This document shows positions 40,550 to 52,869 of a DNA stretch of 64,000 nucleotides, piece after piece. The notes under the pieces are model-generated. The model had not been told where the DNA came from. It worked only from the letters and a program-made list of their open reading frames with translations, and searched no databases. How positions within the stretch are numbered: the first letter of the stretch is position 1; each line of letters opens with the position of its first letter. A program made the position numbers and the translations under genes. Source of the stretch: Octopus sinensis (Eukaryota); assembly GCF_006345805.1 (NCBI RefSeq), contig NC_043010.1, forward strand, positions 22,940,001 through 23,004,000. The letters run 5' to 3'.

Positions 40550-41644
40550 GTGATAAAACCACTATTAGGCAAATCAAACAGTGAAAAACATAAACCAAAA
40601 CATAGAAATAAATTAATTAATATAAAATATAATATTCAAAATTTAAATTATTTAATTAAAAGTTTAAAATAATTTTATTTTAATTATTAATTTATGCTTA
40701 TAAATTTATATATATAATATATATATATATATTATATATATATATATTAATAAATGAAATAAAACATATGCATATATATAAACATATATGTACGTACCTA
40801 CCTCTACATGTACATATACACGCATATATGAGTACAGGACACCAAAAGGACGTCGAACACAATGAGAAACGAAAACATAGAGACAAACCAAAGGAACTGG
40901 ACATTTTTTTAAAAACAACAAAAAATGGAGTACAGGACAATTAACACAAGGAAAAACCCCTTCTTCAGTCGCTATGGTTTCATCTACTCTACGTTTCGAA
41001 GGATAAAAGCGAGACGTATCTTCGACAAGAAACTTTCCTTCCTGCGGAAAGCAAATCAATTAAAATTCTGAGATCTTTTCGCAGAGGGGTAAAAAATGGT
41101 AAAAAAACAGGACAGTAACGACAGTACAAAAATATAAACAGTAAAGGACAGGACAGGGAAAAACAAAATAAGAAGGGCTGTTGACGCCGAACGAAAAAAG
41201 TATTATATATATATAAATAAATAAATATATATATATACTATATATATTTATTTGATACTAGAGTTAAGTTTATATTTTGTTATATTTCTGTTATAAATTA
41301 GTTAAATTAATCTATTTGGATGTAATTTCTTTATATTTGAAATAAATTTATGTAGATGTTTATTTAATCAATCTTTATTTAATATAGACGTATAGATTAG
41401 TAAGAGAGAATAAATGGATAAAACTAAATGTTTACCTGTATGTTTGTATGGAAGTATGAATATAGGCATTTATATACGTATGTATTCATATGATATATGT
41501 GTATGTGTGTGTATGTATTCATATATATGTATATGTATGTGTACGTGTATGTATATGTATATATATATATATGTATATATGCGTGTGTGTGTATGTGTAT
41601 ATATGTATGTATATGTATGTATATGTATGTATTGTGCATTGTTA

Positions 41645-41735
<91 letters not shown>

Positions 41736-42934
41736 TGTGTGTGTATACACATACACAGTAATACCTCACCTTATGAGAAGTGCTTTACGAGTTCTGTTCA
41801 CGAGTTTTAGCTTAAAAATAAAAGCGTACTTTGTGTAAGAATTTACTTGTACGTTGAGGCATAACTATAATTTTTTATATATTTATTAATCTTATAAGAT
41901 CTTCAGAATATACATAGTAATTTGTAGTTATTAATTATTTAATTTATTTAGTATTAAGTATTATTTATTATAGTTATTTTAATAATAAATCTTATAGTAT
42001 GGAGTGGTTCTATTCTTTAATTGTGTCTTCATTCTATTTACATTTATTGATAAACCATAACGTTTTCCATTGACAATTTTAATTTAGAATTTTCATTGAT
42101 AAAGCTTATTTGTAGTTCTTCACTGTTAAAGAATTCTTCAACAATTTATTCTTTTTTTGTTAATAACGTAATTCCACGAGTATTCTTATAAACGCTGAAA
42201 AGACGTTTTCCGATTTAATATTTTAGTTCATCACAAAACCCTGCAAAGCTAAGTATATATTTATATTAAATTTAAATATTTTAATAAATCTTATTGTATA
42301 ATTTTGTATTTTATATAAATACTGATTCTTATATAATGATTTAGTTATCGTAGTTTTTTTTACATAATTAATAGATTTTAACATTACGTTTATTCGTAAG
42401 ACTTTACTTAGCCAAAGAGATATATAGATTGATATTAGAAATACGAGTTTTTTTAAAGTTAGGTTTCATGTATATACATGTATTGATAGCATAAATTTTA
42501 GTCATTAATAACTATATTTGTTGATAGTTATTTAAATATTTTATAATTGTTATTATAACTTCTATATTGTTTTTTTCAATTGATAATCGGTAGTAGTATT
42601 TTTTCCAGTGATAAATATATTCGTAGTATTTATTGGATACTATATAACTACGCATTGATTATTTCATTAAGTATTTCATTATTTCATTTTAGTTATTAAC
42701 TATACGGTTATTGTAAGTTATTAATTATCCAGCGAGATATATGGATCGTTAATTAGTTATATCGTTCTATTAAGGTAGATTGTTAGTTTGTTTACAATTT
42801 GCTTTTGCATCTTTAATCTTTTAATATATTTATAAGTAATAATGAATAATTAATTTATTAGGTATTTATTATACGTGCATATATATTTATTGATAGAGAT
42901 AATTTTAGATCTTAATTCTTATATTTATATACGT

Positions 42935-43312
42935 TTTATTCTTTTACTTGTTTCAGTCATTTTGACTGCGGCCATGCTGGAGCACCGCCTTTTAGTCGAG
43001 CAACTCGACCCCGGGACTCATTCTTTTTGTAAGCCCAGTACTTATTCTATCGGTCTCTTTTTGCCGAACCGCTAAGTGACGGGGACGTAAACACACCAGC
43101 ATCGGTTGTCAAGCAATGCTAGGGGAACAAACACAGACACACAAACACACACACATACATATATATATATACATATATACGACAGGCTTCTTTCAGTTTC
43201 CGTCTACCAAATCCACTCACAAGGCACTTGCCCAAGATGCCACGCAGTGGGACTGAACCCGGAACCATGTGGTTGGTTAGCAAGCTACTTACCACACAGC
43301 CACTCCTGCGCC
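42935..43312 (-). mobile_element. SINE family A, near full length
   Basis: Minus strand A box TGGCTGTGTGG, B box GGTTCAGTCCC, tail ggcggtgctccagcatggccgcagtcaaaatgactgaaacaagtaaaag. Confidence 0.85.
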
Positions 43313-43710
43313 TATGTTTATATATATTCATTGATAATTTAGTTATTATTCTAATATTATATAATTATTTCACTTGATATTAAATTTAATAATATGAATA
43401 GTGATTTTTTTTTAATATTTAGGTAATTAGATATTGACTATAACTGAGATTAGATTAGTTGTGGGTTTATTATGTTTTTTTAAAGCCATATTATATCTGA
43501 ATAGATAAAAACATTTTCTATCTATTCTTACCTTAAAAATTAATACATTAAAATTAATATTTCACATTATAATTGATTGTATGACATAATCATAATCGTT
43601 AAAGTTTCTAGTTTCATAATAGAGTTTTTTTTATAAGAAAAATTATTATTTTATTTATTTCTTCAAAAAATATTGTTTAAATATATTTGATTATTTATTT
43701 AAATATTATC

Positions 43711-43810
43711 ATTAACCTGAAGATTGACTATAACCATAATTCGAATTATTAATTGAATTTAAATTATTGTTATTCGAATTAGGTTATGGGCATGAAACGA
43801 TCGTAGTAGT
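43711..43810 (+). ncRNA. decayed type I hammerhead ribozyme with long stem II
   Basis: CTGAAGA, stem II (ctataacc/ggttatgg, taattcgaat/attcgaatta), GAAA, CGATCG palindrome, TA. Stem I is weak. Confidence 0.55.
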
Positions 43811-45838
43811 TTTACATTTTATCTTATATTAAAATTTTTAATACTTTTGGAGTTACATATATTTAATATAATTTTTTAAAATTAAATAAATATAATTATA
43901 TATAAAATAATTATATATAATATATATAATTATATATATAATTATATATAAAAATATATAAAAAAATAAAAAATAAAAGGTAAAAATAAAAAATAAAAAA
44001 TAAATAAATATATATATATACATATATATATATAAGTATAAATTAATAATTTTAAAAAGTTTTTTTAATTTTTAACTTTTAATTTAAATAATTTAAATTT
44101 TGAACATTATATTATATATATTTTGTATATTATATTAAATAATTATATTTCTATGTTTTAGTTTGTTTTTCACTATTTGATTTGCCTAATAGAGGTTTTA
44201 TCTCTAATTTAGTATATATATATTTATACTGTAAAATTAGATTTAATCCTAAATCTAATTTTTCCCTGTAAGTTTGGATTTACTCCCTAATATTATATTA
44301 TATTATTATATATATATATATAGATATATATATATATATATGTTTAAAGAGGACAACAAACGCTAAGGCAAGATAAACATCTCAAGTCATATACGTTATT
44401 ATTATTAGAGAAAAATTAAAGTCTTCCTACTGTTTCTGTGATATCCCAAAATATGAGATATTCCGTCGTCGGAGACAAATAGTAAAATGTGAAGGTTATA
44501 GATTAAGGAAACGATTAAATAGAGGACTGGAGGAAAAAGAAATAAAGAAAAAAAGAAAAAAGAAGTATAAAAGTTCACAGTTCAACTTTCCAGTAGTGTA
44601 GATGCTAGGCCAGAAGTATTTAAGTAGACTCCTATGTAAATCCAGGTACGATTAGAGCGTTCGTAATGTAAATATCCATAGATAAACGCTATCATATCGA
44701 TGGTTCGGAAGAGAATGATAGCAGAAGTGGCTATTGAGGAATATAGAGAAAGAAATAAAGTAAAAATGAATAGAAAGAGAGAAAGGTATTGGTAGGGAAG
44801 CCTGAGGTACAAGAAGATAAATAAGTAGATATATAAGAGTAAATAAGGAGAGTGGAGGAAGAAGGTAAAAGAAGATAACGTAAACAATTTTAAAGTAAAA
44901 TAAGTGAAAGGTATTCAAAGAGAACAAGTAGGTGCCATTTCTGGTCTTCTAGTTATTAGAGGTTGGGGCAAGAAGTCTGGTAGTAAGCAATTCTGACCGT
45001 TTTATGGCTAAGGTCAGTGGTTATAGAAATATTTCTAGCTATGGGTGTATAAATGTGTAGGTGTGAATGGAGAAACCAGTTGAATGTTAAATTATTTAAG
45101 AATAATGATTACAACTAAGGATGAGGGGATCCATTAGGTTATGGTTTAAAAAAACAATTAAAGAATTAAAAGTTATCTACTAAGGTAGTAAGGCTGATTG
45201 AAAAGATACACAAGGATATGTAATAACCACCATGGAGGTATACGGGGCAGTCTGTCGGTTATGATGACGAGAGTCCCAGTTGATCCAATCAACGGAACGA
45301 CCTGTATCAATACATATATTCAACTACAAATCAGAACTCAAGGCGTAATTTGAACACGGAACTCAAAGCGTAAAGATGGACGAAATACCTGGGAACATTT
45401 TACCCGACGAACTAACGATTCTGTCTGCTGCCATTCGCTTCTCGTTTTGTATTTATTTGTATTTTTTGTACATGTATTTTTATTTTTGCAGTTTTATTGT
45501 TACGTCCTGTTCGTGTTCGTACTCATTTTGCCCCGCTGCTTGGAATTTTATTTTAATTCTCTCGCAGGAAGGCCCGGTGGATTTGTGTTCTGTCTTTGCC
45601 TTCGAAACATGCCTGAGTCTACTAGCGACAGCTGATGACGGGGGTTTTTCCTTGTGTAGCATGTCCTGTAACTGTTTTTTTCGTTTTCTTGTTTTTTGTT
45701 TTTTTTGTTTTTTCCAGTTTCTACGTCTTATTGTGGTGTCCTGTACTCACGTATAATTATTTATATATGCATGTATATATACATGTAGATGTAGGTACAT
45801 ACATATATGTTTGTATGTATGCATATATTTTTATTTAT

Positions 45839-45894
<56 letters not shown>

Positions 45895-46500
45895 CTACCT
45901 GCCATCTTCACAACTGCTATCTTCACAAAGACCACACCAGCTTAACCAGTCTCTTTCATAAGCTGTCTCCTTAAGCGTTCAGAATAATTTTTCCATCGTC
46001 TTGGCTTAACAGCCCTCATCGTTTGTTTTTACTGTTTTTAATTTTTTATTGTTTTTACTATTTTGTTCTCACTGTACTGTTCTTTTTACCACTCCGCAAA
46101 AACTCCCATATTTTATTTAATTTGCTTTGCGGGAAGGAATGTTTCAACGAAGTGGCGTCTTGTCCTTACCTTCGGAACGCGGAGTAGATGAAACAGGGAC
46201 AACTGAAGAAGGAGAATAATCCTTGTGTTGTATGTCTTGTTTCTCTGTTTTGTTCGTTGTTTGAAAAAAAGTTCGTTTCTATGTTTTTGTTTTTATGTTT
46301 TCGTTCCTAATTGTATCCAACGTTGTTTTGATGTCCTGTACCCATATATGTATATAATATATTATATATATATATATATATATATAGGTATATATATATA
46401 TGTATGTATATATGCTATATTTATATATATAATATTATTTATTATATATATGTATATATATGAATATATAATGTATTGTATATATATATATATGATATAT

Positions 46501-46530
<30 letters not shown>

Positions 46531-46536
<6 letters not shown>

Positions 46537-47020
46537 CATGTGGCTGGTATATAAACCTATCGGTTAAAAATCCTTTGGCGAAAAATCTCTTTTTTGAAGA
46601 TGAAACTGTGAAGCGCTAGAAACAACCGTTTCAATCTGCAATATATATACACACACACACATGAAGATACAGAAAAATCTAAAACTTTGAACCCAGTCGT
46701 GTACGAAGATGTATGCTTGCTACACAAATAAGTCACACGTTCACGAGTATATGAGTGCGCGTTCTCCCAAACAGATATAACAATACTACGGCACTCCGTC
46801 GGTTACGACGACGGGGGTTCCAGTTGATCCGATCGACGGAACAGCTCACTCATGAAATTAACGTGCAAGTGGCTAAGCACTCCACACACAAGTGTACCCT
46901 TAACGTTGTTCTCGGGAGAGATTCAGCGTGACACAGAGTGTGAGAAAGCTGGCCTTTTGAAAAACATGTAGAACAGAAACAGGGAGAAAGAGTGAGAGAA
47001 AGTCGTGATGAAAGAATACA
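46531..47020 (-). repeat. inverted duplicate of 34785-35385 (SINE B 3' half, unique flank and adjacent short repeat)
   Basis: Near-identical reverse complement, including the non-SINE flank gggagaatgcacactcatatactcgtgaacg...cttcatgtgtg. Confidence 0.85.
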
Positions 47021-47271
47021 CACATACGTTCATAAATATCTACATATATAAATACACGCACACACACACGCATACACACACATATATAAACCTATAATCA
47101 GACGTCCATACAGAAAGGAAGGCATATACACATAATATACATGAAGTTATTAATAGACACACAGTGGATTACAATAAGGGAGACAACTCAAATGGCTAAT
47201 GGCAAAAATCTGTATAAATACATATACATATGTGTGTATGAGAGTGCACGCAAGTCAGATATATATGAGTG

Positions 47272-47302
<31 letters not shown>

Positions 47303-47610
47303 TGGCATGTACATTCCCACATACACGCATACGCATACGCACGCACACATATATATATATATACAAGAGTATGCATATATGTATGTGGGTGTACGTGTGT
47401 GTGTGCATGTGTGCGCGTGTGTGTGTATGTGTGTGTGTGTACGTACATATTAAGAAACGAAGATGCATAGTTGACACACATGTAACTAAGCGGAAAGTTA
47501 AATAAATAATAATGCATTTACTCAGCCGTTTAATGTATACACATACACATATATACATATATACATGCATGCATGTATATATGTGTGTGTGTATGTATGT
47601 GTGTATGTGC

Positions 47611-47658
<48 letters not shown>

Positions 47659-47750
47659 ACGCATGTGTGTATATATCTACATGCAGACACATACACATAT
47701 GCACACAATCTGTCTGGTCCTGCTCTTTCATGTGTTTGTATGTGTGTATA

Positions 47751-47796
<46 letters not shown>

Positions 47797-48785
47797 TATA
47801 TATATATGTATGTATGTATATATGTATATATATGCATATAGATATATGTACATATACATGATTACATACATATGTACATGCGTATATATATATGTATGTG
47901 TATATATATATACATATATACATATATATATATATATACATACATATATATACATCCATATATACGTATGCGCACATACACACGTACACTACATACATAA
48001 TGCGACAGAAAATCGGGAGAGAGAAAAATGAAAGATAAAAATATAATAGAGAGAGAGACAAAGAGAGACAGAGAGGTAGCGAGAGACTGAGGGAGACAGG
48101 GAGAGACAGAGAAAGGGTGAAGAGAGAGTGAAAGAGAGACGCATGAGATAAATAAGATAGACAGTGAGAAGGCAAGATCACTTATCACCTATACTCAAGG
48201 GAAATCAAGAAACATGTTACCAACGAAGAAATATTAACTGAGTTTTTCAATACCAACTTATGATTCACTAGAAATCCGCAAAACAACATCAAGAATTCAC
48301 TTTTAAAATTTCTTCTTCATCTTCCATCAGACCTTCGCTAGCAGCTTCTTTCACAAAGCAAATCGTCGTCTTCTTCTTCTTCTTCTTCTTCTTCTTCTTC
48401 TTCTTCTTCTTCTTCTTCTTCTTCTTCTTTTTTTTCTTTTTCTTTTTCTTTTTCTTTTTCTTCTTCTTCTTCTTCTTCTTCTTCTTCTTCTTGTCCTCCT
48501 CGCTCACCTTCACATTAGTTCACTCTCTTCTTTCCATCCATCCATCCATCCTTCCTTCCTTCCTTCCTTCCTTCCCCCTACCACACCATTCTGTCAGCCC
48601 CCTATCTTCTTATCTATCTTGCACACCAAATATATATATCTATATATATACAGAGATTCATTCTTTGAGTGAGAATATGTGTGTGTGTGTGTGTGCGTGT
48701 GTGCGTGCGCGCGTGTGTGTATGTGCGAGAGTGTGTGTGTATATCTGACGTTCACTCTAAGTTATCTAAATTCCAATCAAAATCA

Positions 48786-48833
<48 letters not shown>

Positions 48834-48952
48834 TATATATATATAAATATGTGTGTGTGTACATATATGTATATGATGTGTATACATACATGCATACAAA
48901 CACCACACATATTTATATGTACACACATATATTATATGTATATATACATACA

Positions 48953-48994
<42 letters not shown>

Positions 48995-49195
48995 TATAAA
49001 TGTATATATACATACATGTGTGTATATATATACATATATATATGTATATATATATATGTGTGTATGTGCGTGTGTGTGTGTATAAAACACGTTCACTCGC
49101 TTCAATTATACTTAGGAAATAAACAACTGCGCATACAAATTGCATTAATTAATTCAATTAAAACCAGTAAATGTATTATACAATATTTCATATAT

Positions 49196-49229
<34 letters not shown>

Positions 49230-49289
49230 ATTATATATATTATATAATATATTATATATATATATAATTATAAATCCTTAAAAAAAAAA

Positions 49290-52200
49290 TGTTTTAGCCC
49301 GAAGGCCGCGGCCATGCTGGGGCACCACCGCTGAATGAGCCACACTAGTTTATGAATCCACCTCTGATACGTGGCACTTGATCAACAAGGGAGTTCGATG
49401 CTGCTGCCCGCATCCGCGTCTCCTGTCGTGAGGTAGGTTCATCTGGGACTTCCAACAAGAAGAGATCCAGTTTAGTTTTAAAGAAACCCAATCCACACCA
49501 TGTAAGTCTCTCAGGCATTTAGGGAGGATGTTGAAAAGCTGTGGTCCTCTGAAACCCAGCTGTTGCAGTATCTGGACCTGTATTTTGATGGTGATGTTGG
49601 AATCCTTGGCACCACGCAGCGGCGCCCCGTTCTGCGGTTGGAGTAACTTTGAATGCCAAAGTTTGGGATAAGACCCTCCAGGATTTTCCAGATGTATATT
49701 ACTGCATATCTCTCCCGCCTCCGCTCCAGGGAGAAGAGGTTTAATACCTTCAGTCTTTCCCAGTAGCTGACATTTTGCATTGAGACGATTTTCTTTGTGT
49801 AGCTTCTCTGAGTTGCTTCGAGTTCTGCTGTTTGTTTTATATTGTGTGGTGACCAAAGTTGGGAGCAGTAGTCCAAGCGGCTGAGGACAAATGTTTTCCA
49901 TAGGACCATCAGTGTCTCCTTCTCTCTTGTTCTGAAAGTTCGGAGAATCCATCCAGCTAGCCGTCTGCATTTTATCACCAGATTAGCAATATGCATTTGG
50001 AAAGATGCATCATTGCTCATGTCAATGCCAGGTCACGCACTGATTTTGACTCAGGGATTGCAATTCTCCTGGGCCAGTGTATCCAGTCTTCACGTCATTT
50101 ACCTTTGTGTGCCAGTAGCGCAGGGCCTGGAACTTACCTGCATTAAACTGCATGTTGTTGTCCTCAGCCCACCTGTATATTGTGTCCAGCTCATGTTGCA
50201 GATGCGCAATATTTTCAGGGTTCTGTATTGCGTGGGAGACCTTTGTGTCATCTGCATAGCTAGCAAGGGTGGTCATCGTAGCAACTGAAGGCATGTCTGA
50301 AAGGGCCACTATGAACATCAGTGGCCCCAAGACAGTGCCCTGTGGGACACCGCTTGTTATTTGCGTTTCCCTGGAGGTGGCTCCATTGCTCACAACTGCC
50401 TGTTTCTGTCTTTTAGGAAGTTGTGCAGCCACTCTCCAAGTTCCCGCCTATGCCGAGACCACGCAGTTTATGACAGATCATACCATGGTCGACTTTATCA
50501 AAGGCTTTTGCAAAGTCAAGATATATTACATCCACATTTGAGCCATTTAGTAGCTGTTTCAACACCCAGTCATAGTGCTGCAGGAGCTGTGTTAGGCAGC
50601 CTCTACCTGGTCGAAATCCATGCTGGGTGTCAGACAGTAAGTCATTTTCTTCAAGGAACATGATTAGTTTCTTACGGACTATTCGTTCCATGACTTTGCT
50701 GATGTGTGAGGTCAGAGAGATAGGCCTATAATTTTTAGCATCTGCTCTGCTACCTCCCTTATGGATAGGGCATATTACCCCCTCTTTCAGTTTGACTGGG
50801 AGCTTACCACTTGCAAGAAAGCTCTGAAAAAGAAGCTGTAGCGGTTTTGCAAGGGCTCGTTTGCACGATTTGAGAAGGATCGCTGGGAATCCATCAGGTC
50901 CAGCAGCTGAGTTTGTGTCAATCTCATCAATGGCTAGTGTGATATCATCTTCTTCGATGTTGATGTACTCAATTTTTGTCTCTTTGGCCGCTGGTAAAGT
51001 GGCAAAGAATTCTTCTGGGTTGTTTACTTGCCTGTGTCCTAGAGGTGTAGTGAACACACTTTGGAACTGTTCGTTCAGTATTTCACTTATCCTCGTGGGA
51101 TTCCTGTGAGAGAGCCATCTTTTTGGAAGAGAGGTCCTATTCTCTGGTGCACTGTGGCTGTCTCTTTGGCAAACTTAAGAAAGCTTTAGGGTTTGATTTT
51201 ATATTTTTTTATTACCAAGCTTCTTTATCTGCTCTCTCCTTTTCATGGGACTGATGTAGACTTTTCTCAGTTTCCATTAGCATTCTTTCGAGCCGAGACT
51301 TCTCACCACTTTTGGTGTGCTTGCTCAGGCGGTTTGCAATCCTTGTCCGTCGTCTCATAAGAATCCTCCTTTCTCTAGGGATCCTGTTTTATTCTTGTGT
51401 GTGCTGGCCCTGCACATTGGGACATATTTGTCACATATGGCTTGTATTATGGACATGAAGTGTTTGTGTTTCATGTTTATGTCCGGTGTGGAGAGACATT
51501 CAGGCCAATCCTGTTTGAGGATCTCTTTCTCAATCGACTTCCAGTTGGCTTTATGAAAGTTTAAGTTGGAGAGATGGTGGGTGCTTCGTATAGGCTGTGT
51601 GTCTGCGGGGGCTTTTGTTCCATACATAGACAGCTCTATTATGTTGTGATCCGAGATCATTGTCGGCATCACATTAACATTATGGATAATATCCATATTG
51701 TTTGTAAAGCAGAGATCCAGTATATTATCTGCCCTTGTTGGTTGCAGAACTATTTGCTCCATGAAAGAGGTATTTGTGAGATGGAGCAGGGACTCCACCT
51801 GTGCCTGCTGATGGTGTGTCATCCCTGGGAGCATCTGCCCCCCAGGCCATTCCACATTGGGGAGGTTAAAGTCACCCATGAAGAATACACTGTTGTGCTG
51901 TTCAAGGTTGGTGAGGACTTCTCCTATTTTTGTTAGGCAGTCTTCAAACATGCCTGAGTGTTTTGGATATGTAGTGCATATGACGATATTCAGTTGTCTT
52001 ATGTGTACAATTTGAGTTTCACATACTGAGTTTGAATATGACAGCAGGACCTGGGGCGTGAGGTCATCTCGGATGTACATTGCAACTCCACCATGGCTCC
52101 TCCCTTTTCTATCTGTGCGTATGACTGCATATTGCGGCATGTGTATTTCTGCATCACCTATATCGGGTTCAAGATGCGTTTCTGTGAGTGCCATGCATAT

Positions 52201-52670
52201 AGCTTGATTGCATGTCACAAGGTCTCTCAGGAATGAAATTTTCTTTTTACAGTTCCGCGCAGCAGCCCTCCTACATTCAGTAGAAATATTTTTGTGGTGT
52301 GTGTGTTGGTGTTGGTGTCTGTGGTGGCCATCCTGCATCTGTTGGAGGTGGCCTTATGTGGTGGTAGTTCCAGCTTTGTGCTTGTAGCCAGGTCAGCTGC
52401 TGAACAATTTTTTGTGCCATGCACAAAAAAGACTGCTGTTCAGCTGCCGCCTTTCTCACATCTGGGTGAAGCTGGCCACCTGTTGGGTTTCCGCGCACCA
52501 CATCTGCATACCGTCTTTCAGTAGTGGTCAGTGCGCTTTTTCCTTTCTTTTAACTTTTTGTTTTTGTTTTTGTTCTCCCTGAGGGAGGGACCTCTGTCTC
52601 GCGTCCGTGCGGTTTTGGTAGGGCCTCCGATGTGCAGAGCGACAGTTTGCACCTTCAACGCCGTACCAGC
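49290..52670 (-). mobile_element. CR1-group LINE, 5'-truncated within ORF1, with APE, RT and intact 3' end (frameshifted)
   Basis: APE (LTETHL, GDFN, SDH); RT NYRPISLTS, QHGFRPGR, YLDFAKAFDKV, GVPQGTVLGP, YADD; C-terminal YWERLKVLNLFSLERRR typical of CR1. Confidence 0.92.
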
Positions 52671-52730
<60 letters not shown>

Positions 52731-52830
52731 TGGCTGCGTGGTAAAAAGGTTGTTTGCCAGCCTCATGGTTCCGGGTTCAGTCCCACTGCATGACACCCTG
52801 GACAGGTGTCTCCTACTATAGCCTCGAATG

Positions 52831-52866
<36 letters not shown>

Positions 52867-52869
<3 letters not shown>

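Noticed and set aside
40540-44215. Large inverted-repeat transposon bounded by 40540-40720 and 44030-44215
   Set aside because: The arms are diverged, each sits in its own TA tract and there is no TSD; independent insertions of a short repeat are simpler, though an old PLE inverted structure is not excluded.
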